DNA of 64,000 nucleotides from the NCBI GenBank assembly GCA_964537245.1, contig CAZHZL010000001.1, forward strand, positions 4,421 through 68,420, written 5' to 3'. Below the pieces are notes generated by a model. That model saw nothing but the letters and a program-made list of their open reading frames with translations. It searched no databases and had not been told where the DNA came from. Source of the stretch: an uncultured Oscillospiraceae bacterium (GTDB lineage Bacteria; Bacillota; Clostridia; UMGS1840). Shown here piece by piece: positions 1 to 9,425 of the stretch (within the stretch, counting starts at the first letter, position 1; every line of letters begins with the position of its first letter). The position numbers and the translations under genes were made by a program.

Positions 1-677
1 AATTCAATCAGGCTGAAAATTTTTTGAAATTATTAAAGCCGTATATCGAAAAGCTTCCGAAGGACAGGACGATATATATTTATGACCTTGCCTGCGGTAA
101 GTCGTATCTTTCGTTTTTTATAAACTACTATTTGTGCGATGTTTTAAAGATAAAATGTCATATAACCGGGATTGACATAAGAGAAGATGTTGTTGAAGCG
201 TCAAAAAAAATAAGAGATAAGCTCAAATATTATAATATGGATTTTGTATGCGCGGATATTATAGGCTATGTTCCTGAAAATCCGATGGATGTGGCGGTTT
301 CGCTTCATGCCTGTGATATTGCGACTGATTACGCAATTGCCTGCGCTGTAAATAACAGGGCGAAGGTTGTTTCGTTTGTGCCTTGCTGTCATAAGGAGCT
401 TTTAGACACGATAAAGCCTTCTGATGAGCTTTCTTTTATAACGGAGCATCCTATTTTGAAAAAACGCTTTAACGATGTTTTTACAGACGCATACAGAGTA
501 AAGGTTCTGGAGGAGAACGGTTATGATATGACCTTAACCGAATTTGTTTCTCCGCTTGATACTCCGAAAAATCTCATTATGCTCGGAAGGTATACAGGGA
601 ATAAAAAGAAAAATACAACAGATGAAATTGAAAACAGCTTCGGAGTTTCTCCTATAATAAAAAAGCTGATATTCTGA
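1..677 (+). CDS. SAM-dependent methyltransferase, C-terminal part (frame open to the window start)
   Basis: ORF 24..677 begins at a TTG, but the frame has no stop back to nt 3. IYIYDLACGKSYLSF resembles class I methyltransferase motif I. Confidence 0.6.
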   Translation, partial: FNQAENFLKLLKPYIEKLPKDRTIYIYDLACGKSYLSFFINYYLCDVLKIKCHITGIDIREDVVEASKKIRDKLKYYNMDFVCADIIGYVPENPMDVAVSLHACDIATDYAIACAVNNRAKVVSFVPCCHKELLDTIKPSDELSFITEHPILKKRFNDVFTDAYRVKVLEENGYDMTLTEFVSPLDTPKNLIMLGRYTGNKKKNTTDEIENSFGVSPIIKKLIF

Positions 678-756
678 GAGGATATCAGTTTTTTTGTTGC
701 ATAAATTAATTTCAATCGGGAATATTATTAAAAGAAAAACAAAAAGGAGACCAACT

Positions 757-1752
757 ATGAAAAAACTTGCTTTTTTTGATACAAAGCCGTATGATAAGAT
801 ATGGTTTGAAAAATTAAAAACAGAGTATGATATAGATTTTAAATATCTTGAAACAAGGCTCAACGAGGACACCGCAGAGCTTGCAAAAGGGTGTGACGGT
901 ATTGTCTGCTTCGTTAATGACGATGTTTCAAAAAATGTTATAGAAATACTTTCAAATCTTGGAATTTCGCTTATTGCGCTTCGGTGTGCAGGCTTTAACA
1001 ATGTTGACTTCAAGGCGGCTAAGGAAAAAAATATGTGCGTTGTGAGAGTGCCTGCATATTCTCCGTATGCAGTCAGCGAGTTTGCTGTGGGTATGCTTCT
1101 TACTCTCGTAAGAAAAATTCATAAGGCGCATTTTCGTACAAGAGATTATAATTTCAGCATAAACGGTCTTACGGGCTTTGATTTGTACGGCAAAACCGTC
1201 GGTATTATCGGAACGGGAAAAATAGGAAAAATATTCAACAATATTGTAAAGGGCTTTGGTATGAATGTCCTGGCATACGATTTATATCCTGATGAAAATT
1301 CAGGTATAAGCTATGTTTCTTTAGATGAGCTTTTTGAAAAAAGCGATATTATTTCGCTTCACTGTCCGCTTACAAAAGAGACTCATTATATAATCGACAA
1401 AGACACAATCTCAAAGATGAAGGACGGAGTTATAATTGTCAATACCTCAAGAGGTGCGCTGATTAATGCCGAAGCGTTGCTTGACGGACTCAAAAGTATG
1501 AAAATCGGCGGTGCGTGCCTTGATGTATACGAAGAAGAATCAGAGATATTTTTTGAGGACTTTTCGGGAGAGATAATTCAGGATGATATTCTTGCAAGGC
1601 TTCTTTCGCTTCCGAATGTTATTATAACCTCTCACCAAGCATTTCTGACAGAGGAAGCGCTTTATAATATTGCAAATGTAACTCTCGGCAACATAAAATC
1701 GTTTTTTAATGGAGAAGAGCCTGAAAATAAAATTCATCCTGAAACGGTTTAA
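757..1752 (+). CDS. ldhA: D-lactate dehydrogenase / D-isomer-specific 2-hydroxyacid dehydrogenase
   Basis: Internal ATG at 757 is preceded by AAGGAGA. MKKLAFFDTKPYD N-terminus, GIIGTGKIG NAD-binding fold, and RGALI and SHQAF motifs typical of D-LDH. Confidence 0.85.
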   Translation: MKKLAFFDTKPYDKIWFEKLKTEYDIDFKYLETRLNEDTAELAKGCDGIVCFVNDDVSKNVIEILSNLGISLIALRCAGFNNVDFKAAKEKNMCVVRVPAYSPYAVSEFAVGMLLTLVRKIHKAHFRTRDYNFSINGLTGFDLYGKTVGIIGTGKIGKIFNNIVKGFGMNVLAYDLYPDENSGISYVSLDELFEKSDIISLHCPLTKETHYIIDKDTISKMKDGVIIVNTSRGALINAEALLDGLKSMKIGGACLDVYEEESEIFFEDFSGEIIQDDILARLLSLPNVIITSHQAFLTEEALYNIANVTLGNIKSFFNGEEPENKIHPETV

Positions 1753-1810
1753 GGTGGCACTTTGTGTAAAATATCTGTGGAAAGAAAAAACGGACAAAAA
1801 AATAAATTTA

Positions 1811-1855
1811 AGAGGAAAAGCTGATAATACTGCAGTTTTTCCTCTTATTTTTTTG
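1811..1855 (+). terminator. Rho-independent terminator after ldhA
   Basis: Stem agaggaaaa / tttttcctct followed by a T-run. Confidence 0.7.
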
Positions 1856-1934
1856 TAAAAAAGCATATTGGTGTGAAAAGCGGGCAAATGTGGTATATAA
1901 TACAGACACAGAAAAAAGAAAGGGGAAATTGAAG

Positions 1935-2237
1935 ATGAACGATAACGAAAAAAAATCTGTTCAAAAGGAAAACAAAAAAAGCTTCAAGATGATTTTTGAA
2001 AATTTGCTTTCCAAAAAAATTTCAGATGAAATGCGCGAGAGCTTAAGCGGATATATGAAAAGAGAGCAGAGGGACTTAAGCGTGTATGAAGCGATGGCGC
2101 TTGTACAGCTTACCAAAGCTTTAAACGGGGACGCAAAGGCGTTTGAGCTTGTGCGCGATACGCTGGGGCAAAAAGTACCGCAACAGAATGACACAGCTTT
2201 CGGCGGAGTGGTGAAGGTTATGATATCCGATGAATAA
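1935..2237 (+). CDS. Phage terminase small subunit (putative)
   Basis: 100 aa, immediately upstream of and overlapping TerL. LNGDAKAFELVRDTLGQK resembles the conserved TerS helix. The ATG at 1935 follows a GGGGAAA RBS. Confidence 0.55.
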   Translation: MNDNEKKSVQKENKKSFKMIFENLLSKKISDEMRESLSGYMKREQRDLSVYEAMALVQLTKALNGDAKAFELVRDTLGQKVPQQNDTAFGGVVKVMISDE

Positions 2238-3711
2238 GGATATTGTGTTTCAGATTTCAAAAAAGGTTTTCAACAGCGCTTATCTTACGTCAATAGAGGA
2301 AAAAGCGAGATACCTGATATTTTACGGGGGTGCGGGAAGCGGAAAATCTTATTTTATAGCACAAAGATATGTATTAAAGCTTCTTTCGGAGAAAATGTGC
2401 AATCTGCTTGTGGTAAGGGCAGTTGCAAATACAAACAGAGTCAGTACCTTCGCACTTTTTAAGCAGGTCATAACAAAATGGAATTTGGGGAAATATTTTA
2501 AATTTTTTGAAGGCGAGCTTAAAATAAAATGTCTTATAAGCGGAAACGAGGTTATTTTCAAAGGACTTGACGATTCTGAAAAATTGAAGTCTATAACCTT
2601 CCAGAAGGGTGAGCTTACTGATATATGGCTTGAAGAAGCAAGCGAGGTTGCCGATGAACAGGATTTCAATCAGCTTGATGTCAGGCTCAGAGGAAGAGGA
2701 ACCAAAAAACAGATTGTTGTTTCCTTTAATCCGATTGATGTAAATCATTGGCTGAAGAAAAAATTCTTTGATGTGAAAAGTGACGAAATAAAAATCTTTC
2801 ATACCACCTATAAGGATAATAAGTTTCTTGATGACGATTATGTAAAGCTTCTTGAAAGCTATAAGGAGACAGACCCTTATTATTACAGCGTATATTGTCT
2901 GGGAGTGTGGGGAGTTTTTGGGAATACGGTTTTTTGCGCTTCAAAAATTCAGTCAAGGTTATCCGCTCTTAAAAAGCCTCTTAAAACAGGGAGCTTTACA
3001 TATAAGGAAAAGGACGGACGGCTTTGTGATATTGAGTTTACGGAAGATGAAAACGGCTTTATAAAAATTTATAAAATGCCCGAAGAGAGACACCCTTATG
3101 TTATAGGCGGAGATACCTCGGGAGACGGAAGCGACAGCTTTACGGGGCAGGTGCTTGATAATTCGACAGGTGAGCAATGCGCAGTTTTAAAGCATATGTT
3201 TGACGAGGACATATACGCCCGTCAGATGTATTGTCTGGGGAAATTTTACAACGAGGCGCTTATCGGGATTGAATGTAACTTTTCTACATATCCGATAAAG
3301 GAGCTTGAAAGGCTTAAATACAAAAAGCAGTATATCCGCGAAAGAGAGGACAGCTTTTCAAACACCGTGACAAACAGCCTCGGCTTTCGGACAACTTCTC
3401 TTACAAGACCTGTTATAATAGCAAATCTTGTGAAGATTTCAAGAGAGAATATAGATCTGATAAACGATGAAGAAACGCTTCTTGAAATGCTTACATTTGT
3501 AAGAAATGAACGCGGAAGGTGCGAAGCAAAATCGGGAGCGCATGACGATCTTGTTATGGCGCTTGCAATAGCGTATTACATACGCAATCAGCAGAGCTTT
3601 ACGGTAAGCAAAAAAGAAGAAAAGGTTTTTGATATTTCAAGCATATTCGGAAGCGAAAAGAAAAAGAACTCCGGATTTAGTCCGGTAGGGGAGGAAGTGA
3701 GGATAATATGA
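2230..3711 (+). CDS. Phage terminase large subunit (PBSX-like)
   Basis: Walker A YGGAGSGKS, Walker B-like DIWLEEASE, and C-terminal nuclease-type acidic motifs (GGDTSGDGSD, AHDDLVMAL). Confidence 0.9.
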   Translation: MNKDIVFQISKKVFNSAYLTSIEEKARYLIFYGGAGSGKSYFIAQRYVLKLLSEKMCNLLVVRAVANTNRVSTFALFKQVITKWNLGKYFKFFEGELKIKCLISGNEVIFKGLDDSEKLKSITFQKGELTDIWLEEASEVADEQDFNQLDVRLRGRGTKKQIVVSFNPIDVNHWLKKKFFDVKSDEIKIFHTTYKDNKFLDDDYVKLLESYKETDPYYYSVYCLGVWGVFGNTVFCASKIQSRLSALKKPLKTGSFTYKEKDGRLCDIEFTEDENGFIKIYKMPEERHPYVIGGDTSGDGSDSFTGQVLDNSTGEQCAVLKHMFDEDIYARQMYCLGKFYNEALIGIECNFSTYPIKELERLKYKKQYIREREDSFSNTVTNSLGFRTTSLTRPVIIANLVKISRENIDLINDEETLLEMLTFVRNERGRCEAKSGAHDDLVMALAIAYYIRNQQSFTVSKKEEKVFDISSIFGSEKKKNSGFSPVGEEVRII

Positions 3712-3932
3712 TTATTGAAAGCGTAATTCTTTTTACGGATATTTTAATTCTGGCAATTCTTGTTTGTCATTCGCTTTATGAAAGAAAAAATGATAAGACA
3801 AATAATAAAATAGTTGCGACTAAAAGTATTACCAAGAAGGAAAGAGAGCTTACCGATGAAGAAAAAAGGGATTTGGAAATTCTTGATATGATTGAAAAAT
3901 ACGACGGAAAAAGTATCAGAAAGGAGGAATAA
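3708..3932 (+). CDS. Small membrane protein, unknown function
   Basis: 74 aa with a hydrophobic N-terminal helix and a charged tail. Overlaps the TerL stop (ATGA). Confidence 0.4.
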   Translation: MIIESVILFTDILILAILVCHSLYERKNDKTNNKIVATKSITKKERELTDEEKRDLEILDMIEKYDGKSIRKEE

Positions 3933-3935
3933 AAA

Positions 3936-5510
3936 ATGGAGAAAAATAATAAGACGCAATTGCATGATATCTGGCGGAAATATGAGCAGATAAAGGAACA
4001 GCATATTTTGGAGAACATTGACGAAAATGTGAAGATGTGCTTCCGTTTTTATGAGGGCGACCAATGGTACGGCGTTGAAAAAAGCGGAGAAAGACTTCCG
4101 AAATATAATTTTATCAAGCCGACCGTTGATTATAAGGTGGCTATGGTTGCAAAAAACAATCTTGATATTGTTTATTCGCCTATGGACGACAACGACAGAA
4201 TAAAAAACGAAATTTATTCGGGCGTATGTGAAAATTTTAACCAATTTGCAAAAAGCAAGTGGGAAAAAACGAAAATGGACAGCAAGCTGTGGGAGGTTGC
4301 CAAAAACAGCTGTATATCAGGCGACAGCTATCTGTTTTTCTACAATTCAAATATGGATTCGCAGGTTATCAATAAGGAAAATATGTATTTTGCTGATGAA
4401 AGCTTAGGCGATATCCAAAAGCAACCGTATATAATTATTTTTGAAAGAAGAAGTGTAGAGGCTGTAAGAGAGGAAGCACTGAAAAATGGTGTAGAAAAAG
4501 AAAAAGTAAATCTTATAGTTTCTGATGATGATGAAAACGAGGATATTTATGACAGACTGAAAAACGATAACTCAATCTGCACATCGCTTCTTTATATGTA
4601 TAAGAAAAATGGCGTTGTGCATTATCTCAAGGCGGTGAGAAATCTTATATATTCGCCTGAATGTGCAATTGAGGGAATGAAGCTTTATCCGATTGCCTCT
4701 TATATATGGTTGAAAAAGTATAATTCTTCAAGAGGCGTTGGCGAGGTTTATGAGATGATACCAAACCAGATAAGCGCAAACGCACTTCTTGTAAGAAGAG
4801 AAATAAACAACAAAATGACAGGGTATGCAAAGCCTGTTTACAATTCCGATTACATAGAAAACCCTGAAAGTATATCAAAGATAGGAACATCAATAAAGGT
4901 CAGCGGTCCTGCTGCTGCTAATATAGCCGATGTGTTCGGATATATTTCACCGGCGCCGATGAACAGCGAGGCAAAACAGCTTCAGGACGAAATACTGAAT
5001 GTTTCTCAGCAGCTTGGCGGTGCAGGAAGCCTTATCACAAATAGTCTTGACCCTGAGAAAACAAGCGGCTCAGCAATTGTGGCTGCACAGGAGCAGGCTT
5101 CCATTCCGCTTGGTGAGAACAGCGCATTTTTCAGACAGTTTGTTGAAGATGTGGCGAAAATATGGCTTAATATGTGGATAGTTTATAATCCTGAAGGAAT
5201 GAAGCTTGAATACGAAAAGGACGGCAAAAAAATGTCGTATGTTATTCCGCAGCATATTCTTCTTAAAATGCAGTTTAATGTAAGAATTGATATTTCGCCA
5301 GTAAATCCGTTTTCAAAGTATGCCCGTGAGCAGTCTTTGGAAAAAGCACTTGACAAAAATCATATTACTTTTGAGGAATTTGTCGAAATGCTTGACGACA
5401 ACAGCACAGTACCAAAAGGAAAGTTTTCAGATGTAATAAAAAAACGCACTATGTCGGGAGCTTCGGCAGAGGACGATTTTGAAAGAAGGCTTAAGGAGGT
5501 GAAGCTGTGA
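3936..5510 (+). CDS. Phage portal protein (putative)
   Basis: 524 aa located directly after TerL. Size and position fit a portal, and the FYEGDQW region is portal-like. Confidence 0.7.
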   Translation: MEKNNKTQLHDIWRKYEQIKEQHILENIDENVKMCFRFYEGDQWYGVEKSGERLPKYNFIKPTVDYKVAMVAKNNLDIVYSPMDDNDRIKNEIYSGVCENFNQFAKSKWEKTKMDSKLWEVAKNSCISGDSYLFFYNSNMDSQVINKENMYFADESLGDIQKQPYIIIFERRSVEAVREEALKNGVEKEKVNLIVSDDDENEDIYDRLKNDNSICTSLLYMYKKNGVVHYLKAVRNLIYSPECAIEGMKLYPIASYIWLKKYNSSRGVGEVYEMIPNQISANALLVRREINNKMTGYAKPVYNSDYIENPESISKIGTSIKVSGPAAANIADVFGYISPAPMNSEAKQLQDEILNVSQQLGGAGSLITNSLDPEKTSGSAIVAAQEQASIPLGENSAFFRQFVEDVAKIWLNMWIVYNPEGMKLEYEKDGKKMSYVIPQHILLKMQFNVRIDISPVNPFSKYAREQSLEKALDKNHITFEEFVEMLDDNSTVPKGKFSDVIKKRTMSGASAEDDFERRLKEVKL

Positions 5511-6628
5511 TGAAGGAAGGTATAATAGAAAAGTTTGTTGAGCAGGCGAAAAAAAACAGCGAGCTTGAAAAAAATCTCGAAAAAATTAAGTGTGATTTCA
5601 AAGCGCTTGAAGAGCAGCTTTTAAAAATTGAAAATTCCGATAGAGCAGCGCTTATTATAGACTTATATAAAGCAGTGTGCGAAAAGCTTGACAGGTTTTA
5701 TATAAAAGACGGTTGTTTGTTCTTGGGTGAAAACAATGTCGGAGCGGTTTGTGGAAAAAACGGAGAAAACGGCAAAGACGGCAGAGACGGACTTGACGGA
5801 AAAAATGGAAAAGACGGCGTAAGCCCTGAAATTACAGTTGACGAAAAGAATATTTATGTTAATGGAAAAATTCTTATTCCGCTCGAAAAATTAAAAGGTA
5901 AGGACGGTAAAGACGGAAAAAACGGTAAAACCGAAAAAGGAGGCAGAAGCCTGAGAAGTCTTTTTGACCTTATGACAGATTATGGTTTTTCGGCAGATGA
6001 GGAAAAATTGAGCCGTGTTGTTGAAAATCTGAGCAGTAAGGATATTGATACCGCGCCTGTAAAGGACAGCGAAAACTTAATAACAAGCGGAGGGGTGTAT
6101 GACAGGCTTAACTGGAAGCTTATAGGAGAAACAACAGTAACGCAGGAGCAGGTGAATGAAGCAGAAGAAGGCGTAACGGGAGTTATTCTTGATTTGGGAG
6201 AACAGATTGAAGACTGGTACGGCGAAACGATGATAAAAATATATGTTCCGGTTTCTTCGGATATTAATACCAATACCGGAACCTTAAGAGTTTCATTTGG
6301 TGTTACAGAAGCAAATTCTTTATCGTCAGCTTCAAGTAATGAAGCTATTTGCAGTGTGGTATGTAGTCAGAGTGAAAACTTTTGTTTCATAAAGAAAGAG
6401 TGGAAAAACAGCATAATTTTATTATCGCAATGGCTTGATAAAAAAACGCTTTCAGGAACGCAGGTTATGGTAAACGGATTTTCTGCGTATTCTTATCCAT
6501 ATACTGCCTATGCTACATCTAATCATATAGAAAGAACAATAGAGCAAAAACGCTTTCTGGGAATGACAAGCGGAAATACCTTTTATTTTCCTGCCGGTAC
6601 TGAGATAAAAATATACGGAAGATTCTGA
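5507..6628 (+). CDS. Phage protein with collagen-like G-X-Y repeats
   Basis: N-terminal coiled coil, then GKNGENGKDGRDGLDGKNGKDG and GKDGKDGKNGK blocks, then a globular C-terminal domain. Start overlaps the portal stop. Confidence 0.6.
   Translation: MMKEGIIEKFVEQAKKNSELEKNLEKIKCDFKALEEQLLKIENSDRAALIIDLYKAVCEKLDRFYIKDGCLFLGENNVGAVCGKNGENGKDGRDGLDGKNGKDGVSPEITVDEKNIYVNGKILIPLEKLKGKDGKDGKNGKTEKGGRSLRSLFDLMTDYGFSADEEKLSRVVENLSSKDIDTAPVKDSENLITSGGVYDRLNWKLIGETTVTQEQVNEAEEGVTGVILDLGEQIEDWYGETMIKIYVPVSSDINTNTGTLRVSFGVTEANSLSSASSNEAICSVVCSQSENFCFIKKEWKNSIILLSQWLDKKTLSGTQVMVNGFSAYSYPYTAYATSNHIERTIEQKRFLGMTSGNTFYFPAGTEIKIYGRF
5753..5944 (+). repeat. Coding collagen-like triplet repeats (two G-X-Y blocks)
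   Basis: Read directly: aa 83-104 and aa 131-146 of the 373-aa ORF. Confidence 0.8.
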
Positions 6629-6786
6629 TTGTGAGGCTTGGAGGAAAACAGTGAATATGGGAAGACTTTATGAGGAATATCAAAGAGAAAATAATGATGA
6701 AGGACTCAGCGGATATATAAAAGAAAAGCAAAATGAAATAATTTCAAAATGGCAGAATGAAAGCAAAGAAAAAGAGGTTATGGAAG

Positions 6787-6939
6787 ATGAAGAAATGTGA
6801 TAAATGCAAGCTTGAGTTAAGCTTATACCATGTTACAAAGGAGGTGGTTGACGGTGTAGAGATTAAAAAGAAGGTATATGTATGCCGTAACAAAAGTTGT
6901 TCACAAAAAGAAATTTATGAATTGGAAAAGGGAGTGTAA
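6787..6939 (+). CDS. Small zinc-ribbon protein
   Basis: MKKCDKCK...CRNKSC gives two CxxC-like pairs. The internal ATG at 6787 follows AGAGG. An unlisted roughly 47-aa ORF at 6651/6657..6797 precedes and overlaps it. Confidence 0.4.
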   Translation: MKKCDKCKLELSLYHVTKEVVDGVEIKKKVYVCRNKSCSQKEIYELEKGV

Positions 6940-6945
6940 AAGAAA

Positions 6946-7560
6946 ATGGATAAAATAAACACCAACAATAAAACTGTTCCGCAGGTTCTTCCCGATAAGA
7001 GAATTTCAGCTTCTCCGGTAAATCCTGCAAACGAAAGCGCTGTTGATGTAAAAAAGCTTTACAATGACTATCTTGTTTTGAAAAATCAGCTTGATACATT
7101 AAGAGCGGAAAACGAAAGACTTTTAAAGCTTGTTTCGGAAAACTTTTCCGGAAAGGAGCATCAATTTGAAAACACAGATGAAAAGGACGCTTTTATAAAA
7201 AATATCATAAGAGAGCGCGACAGATATAAAGCTATTGCTGTTGCAAAGGTAAAGGAAAATATTTTAAACGAAATAAAAAAGGAATTTTCTGATGTTACTG
7301 TTGCGTCGGTAGACGAGCTTCCGAAAGGCTTTCATAAGCTTATTGCTGCTAAAATTGAGCCTGCACTTGCGTACAGAGTGATTATGGAAACAGAGAAATT
7401 AAAGAAGGATAAAGCACCATCTTCTATGGGAGAATTAAACACTCATTCAGAAAAGGAAAAGGAATTTTATTCTTCAGCAGAGGTAGACAAGCTTACAAAG
7501 AAACAGCTTTCAAATCCTAAAATTATGAACGCTGTAATGAAATCAATGCTTAAATGGTAA
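6946..7560 (+). CDS. Phage scaffolding protein (putative)
   Basis: 204 aa, helical and charged (coiled-coil LKNQLDTLRAENERLLKL), located immediately upstream of the capsid gene. Confidence 0.6.
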   Translation: MDKINTNNKTVPQVLPDKRISASPVNPANESAVDVKKLYNDYLVLKNQLDTLRAENERLLKLVSENFSGKEHQFENTDEKDAFIKNIIRERDRYKAIAVAKVKENILNEIKKEFSDVTVASVDELPKGFHKLIAAKIEPALAYRVIMETEKLKKDKAPSSMGELNTHSEKEKEFYSSAEVDKLTKKQLSNPKIMNAVMKSMLKW

Positions 7561-7600
7561 GAAAAAAATAAATTTATAAAGAAAAAAGGAGAGATAATTT

Positions 7601-8422
7601 ATGTCAATAACAAATTTTAAAGCAACGGTATGGTCAAAGTATATTCAGGATCAGCTTCCTAAATTTACAGTATTTAAAAACGACTGTGATTTTAAGTATG
7701 AAGGGGAAGCAGGAAAAGGTAAAAAGGTGAAAATTCTCGGCGTTACAAGACCGACAATCAAAAAATATACTCCGGGAACAGATATGGACGGCGTAGAGGT
7801 GCCGGGCGATACAGGAGTATATCTTGAAATCGATCAGTTTGATTACTTCAATTACGGCGTGGACGATATTGATAAAGCGCAGAGTGTTGACGGTCTTATG
7901 AAAGCGCTTTCAGTTGAAGCCACAAGAGCGCTTGCTGAAAACGAGGATACATATATCGCAGAGCAAATTGCTCTTAATGCAGGTTATATTTCCGATTCAA
8001 CATCTGTAACAACTGCTGCTGCTGCAAAGAAAGCAATCGACGGTCTTTTTGTTCAGCTCTGGAACAATGGTGTTTCGGCTAAGGACGATTTGTGCTTGTA
8101 TCTTACACCTTGGTTCTACGATTTGTTTGAACAGAGACTTGTTGAACTCAAAACATCAAACGACACTCAGATTGAAAACGGTATTCTCGGTATGTACAGA
8201 AGTGCAAAGGTTAAAATGTCAAACAATATTTACAACGACGGCACAGACGACTATATAATTTTAAAAACATCAAAAGCTTTTGCATATTGCAACGGTATTG
8301 ACGAATTAAGAGCATACTGCCCTGAAAAGAGATTTATGGACGCAATAAAGGGTCTTAATACCTACGGCGGAAAAATGGTAAGAGAAAAAGAAGCCGCAGT
8401 TTTGAGAGCGCATAATAACTAA
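7601..8422 (+). CDS. Phage major capsid protein
   Basis: N-terminus MSITNFKATVWSKYIQDQLPKFTVFKN..YEGEAGKGKKVKI matches the pattern of a common Firmicute-phage capsid family. Strong RBS AAGGAGAG. Confidence 0.75.
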   Translation: MSITNFKATVWSKYIQDQLPKFTVFKNDCDFKYEGEAGKGKKVKILGVTRPTIKKYTPGTDMDGVEVPGDTGVYLEIDQFDYFNYGVDDIDKAQSVDGLMKALSVEATRALAENEDTYIAEQIALNAGYISDSTSVTTAAAAKKAIDGLFVQLWNNGVSAKDDLCLYLTPWFYDLFEQRLVELKTSNDTQIENGILGMYRSAKVKMSNNIYNDGTDDYIILKTSKAFAYCNGIDELRAYCPEKRFMDAIKGLNTYGGKMVREKEAAVLRAHNN

Positions 8423-8433
8423 TTTTAAAAAAC

Positions 8434-8470
8434 AGGGGACTGTTTAAAAATTATTTTTAAACAGCCCCCT
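8434..8470 (+). terminator. Long stem-loop after the capsid gene (no clear U-tract)
   Basis: aggggactgtttaaaaa / tttttaaacagcccct forms a roughly 16-bp stem with one bulge. It could be an attenuator or an RNA-stability element. Confidence 0.4.
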
Positions 8471-8492
8471 AATTGAACCGGGAGGTGATAAC

Positions 8493-9425
8493 ATGACATA
8501 CGGAGAGTTGAAGCTGGCAAGCCTGCAAAAAATGTTTCACGATATAAAAACACTTGAAGAAAACGAAGTTACAAAGCCTTATCTTGATAAAATGCCTTAT
8601 GTAACCAATTGTGCAATAACAAGAGCTTGTACTGTGGGAGAGGCAATAAAAAAGAGTGTAACGGTAAAACGCCTGTATCATCCGAATATGATAGAGAATT
8701 ATAAAAAATATCACAAAAATACTGCATTAATCAGAGAGAGTGTTGTTTTAAAAGCGTCGTCGGGAAAATCTCTTTGTGTTACAGTTTGCGGAAAAGGGAC
8801 ATTGACCGTGCTTGATGAGAATGAATTGAATTTTTATACATGTACTTTTGATAACAGCGAGCCGATTGAGTATAAAACGAAAATCACAAATCCGAATAAC
8901 GGCAAAGTTACCGTAGTTATAAGAGGTCAGGAAAACTTCTTTTTTTCATATCCGGCGGTTTATGACGCGGAATTTTCAAATTCAAACGACATACCGTCTT
9001 ATGGGAAAAATATTTATTATGATATAACAAAGCTGGCAGATGATTTTTACAGATTTGACAGCAGCAGAAGTATCATTCAGGATTGTGAAAAAGAAGGTGT
9101 TTTTTATGAATTTACAGATGAAAAGACAGTTTCGATTGACGGAGAGGCATACGGAGTGTGGAAAATTCCTTATCTTGCGTATCCTTCGGTTATAACTGAA
9201 GATACTTCTGATGATACAGAGATAAACCTGCCATATGAGCTTTGTGTTATTCTGCCTTTTTATATAGCAAGTGAGCTCTATTTAGAGGATGACAGCGGTC
9301 TTAGCATAGGGTGGCGGAACAAATTTGAAAGTTCGCTTTCGGAATATGCAGTTTTAAAAAGAATGTCGGCAAAACGAAAATACGAAGTAGTCGAAAGTGC
9401 GGGTGGATATTATGGCAGAATTTAA
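8493..9425 (+). CDS. Phage structural protein, unknown (possible head-tail connector with an inserted domain)
   Basis: 310 aa with RBS GGGAGGTG, located after the capsid gene. Confidence 0.35.
   Translation: MTYGELKLASLQKMFHDIKTLEENEVTKPYLDKMPYVTNCAITRACTVGEAIKKSVTVKRLYHPNMIENYKKYHKNTALIRESVVLKASSGKSLCVTVCGKGTLTVLDENELNFYTCTFDNSEPIEYKTKITNPNNGKVTVVIRGQENFFFSYPAVYDAEFSNSNDIPSYGKNIYYDITKLADDFYRFDSSRSIIQDCEKEGVFYEFTDEKTVSIDGEAYGVWKIPYLAYPSVITEDTSDDTEINLPYELCVILPFYIASELYLEDDSGLSIGWRNKFESSLSEYAVLKRMSAKRKYEVVESAGGYYGRI

Noticed and set aside
201-1013. Antisense ORFs in the six-frame track, for example 201..392, 521..715 and 534..1013. There are many similar ones throughout, such as 2349..2802, 3744..4244, 24273..24668 and 56338..56739.
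   Set aside because: They overlap well-supported genes on the opposite strand, lack RBSs, and have the low-complexity composition typical of shadow ORFs in AT-rich DNA.
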